Origin: Macrostomum hystrix
Lineage: Eukaryota > Animalia > Platyhelminthes
DNA length: 64,000 bases
NCBI GenBank assembly: GCA_950097015.1
Contig: CATNEN010000007.1
Location: forward strand, 11,470,001-11,534,000
Reading direction: 5' to 3'
Shown: in pieces, positions 1 through 11,625 of the stretch
Layout of the letters: each line of letters begins with the position of its first letter
Position numbering within the stretch: position 1 is the first letter of the stretch
Translations under genes and position numbers: made by a program
The notes under the pieces: model-generated
What the model was told of the DNA's origin: nothing
The model's database searches: none
What the model saw: only the letters and a program-made list of their open reading frames with translations

Positions 1-117
1 ATCCGATCATCTAATATGATGAGTTAAGTTTAGCACCAGTTTATTTTTTCAAAAAGCATTTTTTTGCAAAAGCAAATCCGCACAGAAAAAAAAATTCTGC
101 ATCGTCAGTGGCTGAAG

Positions 118-1745
118 TCAAGAGCTAGCACCATCCACAGCCTGCTGCTGCTGCTGCTGCTGCATGAAGGCCAGGTACTTAAGTTCATCCTCGGGCTTGC
201 TAATCATTGCTCCAACGGCCCCGGTGTGACCGGTTTTTAGGAACTTCACATCAATTGATTCCTGTCGATGACAGAATGCAAGGTGAACAATGGAAACAAA
301 GCTTCAATGTGCAACTGAACTGCGATTAAAAAGAAAGACAAACACTCACTCCAGTAAACAGACGCACGCTCTTCAGGATCTCTGACCGAATGAGCTCGTG
401 GCGGAAGAAGTTGCCGCCCATGTACAGCTTGGGAATCTTTGAGGCCTGAGCGGCTATCGCCAGGTTGCTGAATGCGTTGTAGGCGAAGCTGAACACCAGA
501 GAGTGTGCAATGTCCTCACGAGCTAGGTCAGACACTGAGGAGATTCGGCGAAGGTGAGGAAATCACTTGACGAAGAAGGATTCATTTTTTAATGACAGGC
601 AACCCAAAGCATTAATCATAGCCTTACGCTTTTTGTCAGTGTCAATTACTTTGCCGAATGAAAAGATGGGCAGGTTCGGCGGAAACTGGCCGTACGGCGA
701 GTTTGGGTCGTTGGCCAGGACGTCCTTGACTTCGGTATCAACGTTATTGCGCCTGCCGCGACTGGCAAGCTCCAGGATCTCATCATAGTCGTCAGTGCCG
801 AGCAGCAGCTTGGCCAAGCCGAGGAAGCTGCGGCCGGCGAACCACAGGCCGCCCACCATGTCGGACATTCCGTTCTCCTCGATCTGAAAGTGAAGGTTCA
901 GATTCTCCCATTTGACTAGTATTTATAAAAATTTTAAATTTGTTTCCCTAAACAAACCTTGAGAATGCCTCCACCGGATCCCATAAAAAGCATCATGCAC
1001 GGAAACTTCTGACCGTGCACCAGTTCTCCCATATCCCGCTTCGCTTTCAAGACGAGCTGCTTGATAAAGTTGTTGGACTCGAGTCCTTCTAGTTCGGACA
1101 TGTCGAGCTCGGGCTCCGGGTAGCAGATGTCCGCATCATCGCCGCAGCCGATGAGCCAGTGCGTGCCGCGGCCCTGCGTCAGGAACTCGTTGATGAACTG
1201 GATTCTGCGGAGAGAAACGTGGCAATCGATGTCCTTTTCAGTTCAAAACCATATGTGCGTCAGACGACCTACTAAAGTTACCTGAATGACATTCCTAAGC
1301 GGTAAACTATGCAGAGGCGTGGTCTTTTACTAGCGCCAACTAAGAAACAGCAGCACTCACTCGAGTCCCAGCTTCTCTTTGATCAGCTCTTTGTGGATGT
1401 CACAACCAGCGCCTGTCACGTGCAGCTTTGAGCCCGGCACCTGAACCACCATGCCCTTCTCTTTCAGGTAGTCCAGACCGGCCTCGAAGTGGGAGTTCTT
1501 GAACAGGGCGAAGTGCAGGTTGTAGTGCTCGTCATCCTTCACGGTGCTAAACAAGACCTTCGTCAGGGTGCAGCCTGTACGGTAAATGTGTGTTGGGCAC
1601 TATCACAATATCTATATCACTGCGTCACCAAAGTCTATAACAAATAGCTCATACCTCTGTCCAATCCACCGACAACTCCGACGCCCTCAAAGTGCGACTT
1701 CTTGACAGCAACAACCTTTTCTTCCAGCAGGAACTCTTGGCTCAT
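118..1745 (-). CDS. Divergent type II pantothenate kinase-like protein, paralog 1 (6 exons: 1655-1745, 1361-1574, 958-1204, 628-883, 350-534, 118-261)
   Basis: Manual splicing at GT-AG sites gives an open frame from MSQEFLLEEK to QQQQQQAVDGASS*. PanK-II motif equivalents occur in order: GLDRGCTLTK (DIGGTLxK), VTGAGC (TGGGA), INEF (catalytic Glu), FMGSGGGIL (NIGSGVSIL), FLGLAKLL, FSFGK, REDIAHSL, GGNFFR and GHTGAVGA. Confidence 0.85.
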
Positions 1746-1834
1746 TCTAGGGCTTCTTTGCCTTGGCTGAAGTGCTTTCGTGAGTCTAGCTAAAATGGCT
1801 GCAAGCAAGTGTAGATTGCTGGTTTTACTGTCGA

Positions 1835-1931
1835 TTTTATATAGAAAATGCGACTTAAAATCTGCATTCAGCTGCTCTTATCAGGTCGTCAGTGCCTGGG
1901 TCTTACCTGAAGCTCCACCTTCGGCTTATCA
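1835..1931 (-). promoter_or_regulatory. Putative core promoter of PanK-like paralog 1 (TATA box plus two GATA sites)
   Basis: On the minus strand CTATATAAAA lies at 1835-1844, about 90 nt upstream of the ATG. TGATAAG occurs at 1877-1883 and 1925-1931. A similar layout precedes paralog 2. Confidence 0.45.
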
Positions 1932-2394
1932 GTTTTGAGACTTCCAAAATTGTATTTGGGGTCTGGTGTAGAGAGGTGTGATTAGTGAAAGCAGCTCATT
2001 GCTTAAATTGGACTCCATACAAAGTAAATTATGCAATTTTTTTCATTCTGAGTCAACGTTGCTCAGCTATATAATAAACTCCTTCCTTTTTAGAGGGATA
2101 TTGATTCTATAGGAATCATAGTTTATCTATTGTCTATAACTGTCAAATCAACATCATAAAAATCGTTTATGCGCGTAGAAAAATACAATACAAGTCTCTC
2201 ATTTCCGATGGAGCAAAGAAAAAATGGTTTGTCCTGCTCAGCCCAGCTTAGTCTGGGTGGTATTTTAACTTTGGTCTGCAGAAATTTTGCTATTGGACTT
2301 TGAAACAGATTTCTAACCAGCCCAGTGCGTTTTGTCGAATCCACCTTTTATAACTCGATCTTGTCTAACTCGACCTTGTATAACTCGTCCTTTG

Positions 2395-3938
2395 AAATGG
2401 ATAGAGGCTGAAAGCGGTAGAGTCGGTTATCTACCCGCCTAGCTACCCGCGGGACTACCACTGAGAGAGGGGGAGAAGAAGGGGGAGGAGATGGAGGGGC
2501 TCAGTGGAGGTTGGGAGTGGTCTTATTGGCCTCAGGCTAGCCAGTCCCACTCGTCCCATAGGCCACAGGCATGACTGCCGTGCCTACCCCAAGCTGTGCT
2601 CGAAACAGGCGAAAAGTCTAAGGGAGCATCGGATTGCCCGGAATCGGACAAGACAGGGCCTGGGTAGCCTACTGTCGTTAGTAGTGCGGTGCGCAACTGA
2701 CTCCTAGCTTTTGGTAGCGGTGGTCGAATCGGTCTAGGCCCTTGCCACAGAACTGCGGAATGGCTATCGGCAAAGCGGATAGATGATCTAGATTCTAGGG
2801 TAGCGCCACCACCCAATACGCTACGTGGCCACCGCAGGCATTTGGGAACTTGGGTCCCCGGAGTACACAGCTCCTAGTTTATCACGCAGATCTGGACAAG
2901 CCGAAAATCGGGCATTACTGCAACTTCCGTTTTAGACTGGGGCGGGGGCCCAGGGTGGATCGAGACACGCCTCACAAGTGGATTCCTGCATTTGCGCTAC
3001 AGGGGTCTAGAAAGGTGGTATTAAGAACTCGAAGGAGAATCCGTAGCCAGAATCTTACTCATAACACACCAGGCACATTCGATATATTAGACTGCAGCCT
3101 ACACATTAGGTAACTAAAGATCCCGAATCTGTGTGAGCTGAGGAGATCAGAGGTTGGAGAGATTAAGCAGAACATCTGGCAGAGTGATTCACTAAACACT
3201 AAACTCTCGGTGTTAGAATCCGGAAGTAAGCGGGGGGAGAGTGGAAGAAGAGGCTTCCACAGGGTGACTCCAGGAGGAGCGGAAGGGGTCCAAAAGGTCT
3301 GGTTTGGGGGCAGCGCAGCGCGCTTGCTTAAATAGTCCTGCAGCTTCGCCAACCTCGACATTCATCAAACTAACCCACATTCTCGCCGGCCTGTCAGCGA
3401 GGAATCGGAGCGGCATTGCGCCACCCCGATTGCCCAATGAACTAGCGGCGAGAAACGACAGATGCCCCTCTGAGAGCAGCTGCCGGCAGTCGGCCAATAA
3501 CTGCTATTCCGCCAGGACAATGGGAAGCGCAGGCGCAGACCTGCCTACAGTGACATTACATGTATCTAAAGGGGAAAGGTCAATCGAGCTGGGCTCGGAT
3601 TACACTAAAGAAGTGGGGACATGAAGAATTATTGATCATTCATAACGTCCGAGTGATTCCCGATATCTGATCGCGGTTTGGAGGGGAATTATGACCTAAA
3701 CTAGTTCATACAGTAAAGCTATGGGCCCGCGATCAGTCATTCCTACAGGGGTTGAGACAGATCCAGGCGAAAGGGGATCGATGGCTACTCAATTCACCGC
3801 CGCCCCAAACCCGGCCCTAAAATTAATGATCTTGCTTTTGTGGCCAGATGCTAGTCGGGTAGCGATTATAGATTGCTTAGAATTTCGAAAAATTTGGCTG
3901 GCTCACACCCGCACTCGATTCTCGTAGTACACTTCACA
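2395..3938 (-). mobile_element. Heavily decayed non-LTR retrotransposon (RT-domain relic), inserted into a short 16-bp repeat
   Basis: The minus-strand translation retains traces of LINE RT motifs in order with stops: SIIATRLA..RAGF, TDRGPIALLYEL, GRSAPALPIVL, LLADCRQLLS (YADD-like), and TLWKPLL..TESL. CCTTGTCTAACTCGA-type repeat units flank it on both sides (2342-2390 and 3940-3967). Confidence 0.4.
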
Positions 3939-4663
3939 TCACCTTGTCTAACTCGACCTTGTCTAACGGGTTAGTTGCGGCGCAAAGTGCGCGTCGAATC
4001 TTATCAACAGGCAATTATATTTTGATCTGTGCCTTTCATGCTGCGCAGTCATTATTTACTTGGCACTTTCATTATCTCTGAAGCAGTGTTTGCGCTTAAA
4101 GCCTCGCTTCTAGTCCAGTTGGCTAACTTGCACCTGCGCTTTTCGTTCTTCTGCTGGCCTGTCGTACGCAGAGCGTCGGTCAATGCTCAGGCGATGAAAG
4201 TACGCCTAAGGTTGGGCCTTGAGTGTTCTTCAAAGGTTTAGCAACTGACGATGAGAAAAAAGACACTCGCAATACATGTGCTTGTGTTCTTAAAATTTAA
4301 CACGATTTGAAATTTGGCATTTATGATTCTGCAATGTGTAAAATAAAAAATATTGAAGCTTTGATTGAATACGTCGAAGTACTGGTCTCACCAAATAATC
4401 ACCAAAGATTATTAAAAATAGTAAAAATTTGTATGATAATAAATTTGCGCGCGCAAAGAGAGGCCTATCTTATTACTATATTTTCTTTGGTCTCACATAG
4501 AGTTGCTTCGTGCTAGCCTTCGCAAAGCAAATTAGTAGTATTGAATCGCCAATTCTTAATGTTTTGCGAGTACTTCAATGCAACTACTTTAGGGGTGTCC
4601 GCGTTCATCATAGATTGCGGTTTACTAGAGTCGGAGCACAGTACTGAATTGGGCTTTGTAACT

Positions 4664-5308
4664 CCTGTAGCGCGTTGGTTGTCCTATACCAAAGCGCTGT
4701 ATGCGGCCTGTAGCGCGTTGGTTGTCCTACACCAAAGCGCTGTATGCGGCCTGTAGCGCGTTGGTTGTCCTATACCAAAGCGCTGTATGCGGCCTGTAGC
4801 GCGTTGGTTGTCCTACACCAAAGCGCTGTATGCGGCCTGTAGCGCGTTGGTTGTCCTATACCAAAGCGCTGTATGCGGCCTGTAGCGCGTTGGTTGTCCT
4901 ATACCAAAGCGCTGTATGCGGCCTGTAGCGCGTTGGTTGTCCTATACCAAAGCGCTGTATGCGGCCTGTAGCGCGTTGGTTGTCCTATACCAAAGCGCTG
5001 TATGCGGCCTGTAGCGCGTTGGTTGTCCTATACCAAAGCGCTGTATGCGGCCTGTAGCGCGTTGGTTGTCCTACACCAAAGCGCTGTATGCGGCCTGTAG
5101 CGCGTTGGTTGTCCTATACCAAAGCGCTGTATGCGGCCTGTAGCGCGTTGGTTGTCCTATACCAAAGCGCTGTATGCGGCCTGTAGCGCGTTGGTTGTCC
5201 TATACCAAAGCGCTGTATGCGGCCTGTAGCGCGTTGGTTGTCCTACACCAAAGCGCTGTATGCGGCCTGTAGCGCGTTGGTTGTCCTACACCAAAGCGCT
5301 GTATGCGG
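4664..5308. repeat. 43-bp minisatellite, 15 copies, with an internal inverted repeat
   Basis: Unit CCTGTAGCGCGTTGGTTGTCCTA(T/C)ACCAAAGCGCTGTATGCGG, with no spacers. Confidence 0.97.
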
Positions 5309-5648
5309 CACGATTCGGCGAGACGTCAAATCACCTGTTGAAAGGCTGAAAGCCCAAGAAGAGACTCTAAATTTTTCATTTATTTGTGAAATTCTGGTAC
5401 CAGGTTTCCTACGTCTCGCTTAGTATTAAAGCTAGACTAAAATAAGTAAAATTCCCCACTCGTGATGAATTCCTACATTGTATAAGCAAACTGCTGCTTG
5501 ATTTGCATGTCTCGTATATTTTAATAGTATTTTATCTAGTTCAAGAAAACTGGAGGACAAGACACAGATTGTTCATCGAGTCAGCATTCAAGTAATTCGA
5601 GTGTTATATTGCCAAAAGCTCCGAAAACAGTAGCAAAAGATTCGACCC

Positions 5649-7616
5649 TTAAGAGCTCGCTCCATGAGACACCTGCTGTAGCTGCTGCTGCTGCTGCTGC
5701 TGCTGCATGAAGGCTAGATATTTGAGCTCGTCTTCCGGTTTGCTGATCATTGCGCCAATCGCTCCGGTGTGGCCAGTCATCACAAAGTTTACAACCATCG
5801 CGTTCTGTGGAGTCAGCAGCGAAACATTGTTTAAATCCGTTTTGGATATGCGCGTTTGAATGGCGACTTGCACAATCATAAATACCGGGACGGCCTAACG
5901 AACTTACTCCAGCGAAAAGCCGCACTGTTTTTCGAATCTCCGACCGAATGAACTCGTGACGGAAGAAGTTGCCGCCCATGTACAGCTTGGATACCTTGGA
6001 AGTCTGAGCAGCCAGCGCCAGGTTGGTGAAGGCGTTGTAGGCAAAGCTGAACACCAGAGAGTTAGCAACGTCTTCGCGGGACAGGTCGGACACTTGCGAA
6101 AATAACAACTTTAATGTTTCAGTTACATAAATTGATAGATTGAAAAAAAATTTCTTGATACGATCAAGAAAATATGGTGACAGGTAAAGTGATATTAAAA
6201 CGGGATGGGGTGAAGCAACATTTGTCACGCCTTACGCTTCTTATCGGTGTCAACGACCTTGCCGAAGGGAAAAATTGGCAGGTCCGGAGGAAACTGGCCG
6301 TACGGCGAGTTCGGGTCGTTGGCCAGGACGTCCTTGGCTTCGGTATCAACGTTGTTGCGCCTGCCGCGACTGGCAAGCTCCAGGATCTCATCATAGTCGT
6401 CAGTGCCGAGCAGCAGCTTGGCCAAGCCCAGGAAGCTGCGGCCGGCGAACCACAGGCCGCCCACCATGTCGGACATTCCGTTCTCCTCGATCTGAAGGTT
6501 TTGGTTTTTAAAAGTCGTTGCTTTTTCGGATGCAAAAAATAGCTTCTTATGCAAATAGTTCATGCGGATTGGTACTGGCCTTGAGAATTCCGCCTCCCGA
6601 ACCCATAAACAGCATCATACAGGGGAATTTCTGGCCCGGCACAGGTTCCCCCATGTCACGCTTCCACTTCTGAATAAGTTGCTGAACGAATTTGTTGTCC
6701 TTCAGCGCCTCAAACTCGGAATCATCGAACTCGGGCTCCGGGTAGCAGATGTCCGCATCATCGGCGCAGCCAAGGAGCCAGTGGGTGCCGCGGCCCTGCG
6801 TCAGGAACTCGTTGATGAACTGGATTCTGCAGTGCAAGGAGAAATGTCTCGTAGATAGAGTTAGAGATGCAGAAGCACAAGAGGGTTAGGAAAGCCTTGA
6901 ATGTACGGGCTCGCGCAAAGACGGGAGGGGCGGACAAATGTGAGCTGGGAGTTTTGTCAGCAATCTGCTGCAGGTGCAGACTACAAAGCCCAGACTCCGT
7001 CGTGTCCGACAGGAGGAACCAGGCCTGGCGCGCTGCACACTTGCTCAGCAATGTCTTGAATTCATCCGCAAAAGACAACCTTTAAAAGCGCCTCTTTCAA
7101 GCAGCCGTGGAACTGATCCTCTACGGAAACATTAATCACTAAATGCGAGCGACTGCACTCACTCGAGTCCCAGCTTCTCTTTGATCAGCTCTTTGTGGAT
7201 GTCACAACCAGCGCCTGTCACGTGCAGCTTTGAGCCCGGCACCTGAACCACCATGCCCTTCTCTTTCAGGTAGTCCAGACCGGCCTCGAAGTGGGAGTTC
7301 TTGAACAGGGCGAAGTGCAGGTTGTAGTGCTCATCATCCTTCACGGTGCTAAACAAGACCTTCGTCAGGGTGCAGCCTACGAGTTAAGTTAAAAAGGGCT
7401 CATTAGGGTTAGGAGCGAATCGAATTCTCGAGCTGTCTGCATTTTAGGCTGCATGTACTTTCAGGCATTTAACTCTGTTAGGATAATTTGAGGATGTCCA
7501 GTTCAGATTAACTCTGATCATCACGAACCTCTGTCCAAGCCGCCGATCACTCCGACACCTTCGAAATGCGACTTCTTGACTGCAACGACCTTTTCTTCGA
7601 GCAAGAACTGGCTCAT
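5649..7616 (-). CDS. Divergent type II pantothenate kinase-like protein, paralog 2 (6 exons: 7529-7616, 7163-7376, 6580-6826, 6236-6491, 5908-6092, 5649-5804)
   Basis: Same exon structure, intron phases and motifs as paralog 1, with a C-terminal polyQ. Intron 3 appears to use a GC donor (AAG|GCCAGT). Confidence 0.85.
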
Positions 7617-7707
7617 CTTTTGGACTCGTTGACTCTGATTTTCGGTGTGCTCATGCAATCTTGAAGCAGAAAGTGAAGTGAGGCCGATACTAGGTGTCGC
7701 ACTAGCA

Positions 7708-7763
7708 GTTAAATAGTGCAGTCAAGAGCCAAGCTACAAAGTTCACGTGGCGGCGTCTTATCA
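7708..7763 (-). promoter_or_regulatory. Putative core promoter of PanK-like paralog 2 (TATA-like element plus GATA site)
   Basis: Minus-strand CTATTTAA lies about 93 nt upstream of the ATG, and TGATAAG is at 7757-7763. The spacing matches paralog 1. Confidence 0.4.
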
Positions 7764-9198
7764 GCTGGGGTGCACGTCAATTTCAGTTTCTGCTTGAGGT
7801 GAAAGTTTGAGCAGTTGAAAGGTTGAGCTGCTATTTTAGAGGTCTTCACCCCATTCCTGCGATTTTGCTGTTCTCTGCTGAGCAGCAGCAGTTGACTGCT
7901 CAGCAGTTGACGTATCGACCCATCGCATTGGCTCTAGTGCGCCTTGCAGACTATTGCACTCATATTGCTCGAGCTGGTACAATATAGAATCCAGAAGATA
8001 CGAATTAGCAGATTATAATTTGGCACTCAAAGTTGCAGATTAAACATAAAAATTAAATATAGCATTTAACCATTAGAAATGGACTGCACCCGCCTAGGAA
8101 TGTGGCGAAAGTTAGGGGACCATTGCGAACCGTATCTAATCTGCATGAACTGGGTCTGCAGTCTGGCACTGCAGATCTGGATTTGACCGGCGCAGAATGT
8201 CAGTTTTCAGTTAAGATAGCGCATCGAGAGACCTGCGATTTGATATGAAATCTCAGAAAGCTATTTTTGTCTTTCAACTCATTCAGCAATTCAACGATAT
8301 GCAGCTGAAACATCGCAAGAACTGCTGAGCCAGAAGTACATTGGGTTCCAGATGCCTAGCCTAGAGAACATTGGGCTTTGAGTCTCGTTCTGTGATGCAG
8401 TCCAGGAACTTGTATCAGGCCACAGAGGTGAGGCTGTCGCACACGGATGTCAGCTGCAGGAATCTCAGCCAGCCTCTATGTGCAGCAAAAGCGGCTGCAC
8501 TTGACGTACAAAATCGTCATAGATATGACATAGATACCAGCAGCTCGGCAGCTTGCGGAAGCAGTGTTGCGTTGTGCACTCGTAAGTAAGAACAAGTCCG
8601 ATTCTCTTATCTGATCAAGGTTCCTATCTCTGCGACTCGCGGCAACCTTAACCATGACCGCATGACCGCAGCCGTCCACAAGTTTCCAATTAGTTAACAG
8701 CATGTTCGAATAAGTGTTCAGGTAAACACTTATCCGCTCATTTAGCTCCATCGTATAGATGTTCCGGAGGAAGCCTGCATGCACAGCTACGAATTTAGTC
8801 AGACCTGCAGTGATCCTGACTTGCTGAAGCATTTGCAGTCTGGTGGGGAATTTCGGTGAATTTTCGTAGAAGTCCTCTTTAGAAAGATGGAAAAAACCGA
8901 ATACAAGTAAAGCGTACTGACTGCAATTCCAAATAAATGGATACTTTCAACCAATGATTCTTCCCCGCAGCGTTCGATGCACTTTAAGATACTTTAAGAG
9001 GCCCAAGGCTGCTGCCATTGGCAGATTGGAATTATTGTGCATCTTGCACGAAAGCAAAAGCATTCATGGCCTAGCTGCAGGACTTTGTGATAATCAGCAG
9101 CGTTAGTAAATCAAGGCGGGTTCGTCTTGAGTAGACTCAGGGATTTCCATGGCGTACAAAAATAGCCCTGAGGCTCAAATTTTCAAATCACAGTTTTG

Positions 9199-10899
9199 TG
9201 GATGTTTAGGTAAACTGGATGTCTAGGTAAACTGGATGTCTATAGGTAAACTGGATGTCTATAGGTAAACTGGATGTCTAGGTAAACTGGATGTCTAGGT
9301 AAACTGGATGTCTATAGGTAAACTGGATGTCTATAGGTAAACTGGATGTCTATAGGTAAACTCGATGTCTAGGTAAACTGGATGTCTAGGTAAACTGGAT
9401 GTCTATAGGTAAACTGGATGTCTAGGTAAACTGGATGTCTATAGGTAAACTGGATGTCTATACGTAAACTGGATGTCTAGGTAAACTGGATGTTTAGGTA
9501 AACTGTATGTCTAGATAAACTGGATGTCTATAGGTAAACTGGATGTCTAGGTAAACTGGATGTCTATAGGTAAACTGGATGTCTATACGTAAACTGGATG
9601 TCTAGGTAAACTGGATGTCTATAGGTAAACTGGATGTCTAGGTAAACTGGATGTCTAGGTAAACTGGATGTCTAGGTAAACTGGATGTCTATAGGTAAAC
9701 TGGATGTTTAGGTAAACTGGATGTTTAGGTAAACTGGATGTCTAGGTAAACTGTATGTCTAGATAAACTGGATGTCTATAGGTAAACTGGATGTCTAGGT
9801 AAACTGGATGTCTATAGGTAAACTGGATGTCTATACGTAAACTGGATGTCTAGGTAAACTGGATGTCTATAGGTAAACTGGATGTCTAGGTAAACTGGAT
9901 GTCTATAGGTAAACTGGATGTCTATAGATAAACTGGATGTCTATAGGTAAACTGAATGTCTATAGGTAAACTGGATGTCTATAGGTAAACTGAATGTCTA
10001 TAGGTAAACTGGATGTCTATAGGTAAACTGGATGTCTATAGGTAAACTGGATGTCTATAGGTAAACTGGATGTCTATAGGTAAACTGGATGTCTATAGGT
10101 AAACTGGATGTCTGTAGGTAAACTGGATGTCTATATGTAAACTGGATGTCTAGGTAAACTGGATGTCTATATGTAAACTGGATGTCTGTAGGTAAACTGG
10201 ATGTCTATATGTAAACTGGATGTCTATAGGTAAACTGGATGTCTATATGTAAACTGGATGTCTGTAGGTAAACTGGATGTCTATAGGTAAACTGGATGTC
10301 TATAGGTAAACTGGATGTCTATAGGTAAACTGGATGTCTGTAGGTAAACTGGATGTCTATATGTAAACTGGATGTCTATAGGTAAACTGGATGTCTATAT
10401 GTAAACTGGATGTCTATATGTAAACTGGATGTCTATAGGTAAACTGGATGTCTATATGTAAACTGGATGTCTGTAGGTAAACTGGATGTCTATATGTAAA
10501 CTGGATGTCTATAGGTAAACTGGATGTTTAGGTAAACTGGATGTTTAGGTAAACTGGATGTCTAGGTAAACTGTATGTCTAGATAAACTGGATGTCTATA
10601 GGTAAACTGGATGTCTGTAGGTAAACTGGATGTCTATATGTAAACTGGATGTCTATAGGTAAACTGGATGTCTATATGTAAACTGGATGTCTGTAGGTAA
10701 ACTGGATGTCTATAGGTAAACTGGATGTCTATAGGTAAACTGGATGTCTATAGGTAAACTGGATGTCTGTAGGTAAACTGGATGTCTATATGTAAACTGG
10801 ATGTCTATAGGTAAACTGGATGTCTATATGTAAACTGGATGTCTATATGTAAACTGGATGTCTATAGGTAAACTGGATGTCTATAGGTAAACTGGATGT
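9199..10899. repeat. 17/19-bp minisatellite (~90 units)
   Basis: Unit GGATGTCT(AT)AGGTAAACT, with recurring variant blocks. Confidence 0.97.
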
Positions 10900-11625
10900 T
10901 TCTTGCCAATTGAAGTGCAAATGCGGTAAAAGCATCAAGGGTTCGCTATTGATAGCCATCAGCTACATGTATATGTAAATTTTATCCAGCTATGTATAGC
11001 ATACAATTGTACCTTTGACCATAACAAACCCAGGGTTGGCTGGATCTGCTATTAATTTTATTAGCTTGGAGGCCCTTGAAGAGCTTTTGCGAATTTTAAT
11101 AGAACTCATCGGGGCATAATTAGCTCGTATTAGCAGGTAGTATATAAACTTCGGGCCGCTGTTGTTGTTAGAGCAGATTTACACAGAAGTTTACCAGCTA
11201 GAGTTTCTCGGCTCCTCGCGAGGTGCTAATTTCTGCATATTATTTTGCAAAAGACGTGCCAAATTCTCGAGTCGAACAAAAGCAAGCGTGTACCATGTGC
11301 CCTTACTAGCTTAAGCAACCTCCTGTATTTCAGTAGCAAATGTACAGTGAGAACGTTCGCTGCGAGCACATGATAAATATGTAAACTTCAAGGAAAGGCT
11401 CGAAGTTTCTCTGCCTCTCATTCCAGTGTGCGCACAGTCTCGAGTTAGATTGGCGCCATAGTAGAAATGAGGTCTGGCTGTGTCTGGGTGTGTTTATGTA
11501 AATAAACACATAATATAAAGCAGCAGACTCACTTTAAACACTGAGGCATGGCATGCCAAGTTTCTGGATGGCTCTCCGAAAAAAGGAGCTTGCTTAAAAA
11601 ATCTCTGACCGCCTGGAGACTTTTG

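Noticed and set aside
8300-8900. Coding-looking minus-strand ORF 8476-8832 with faint actinoporin-like wording
   Set aside because: No convincing motif, splice structure or paralog, and neighbouring frames have stops. A profile search would be needed.
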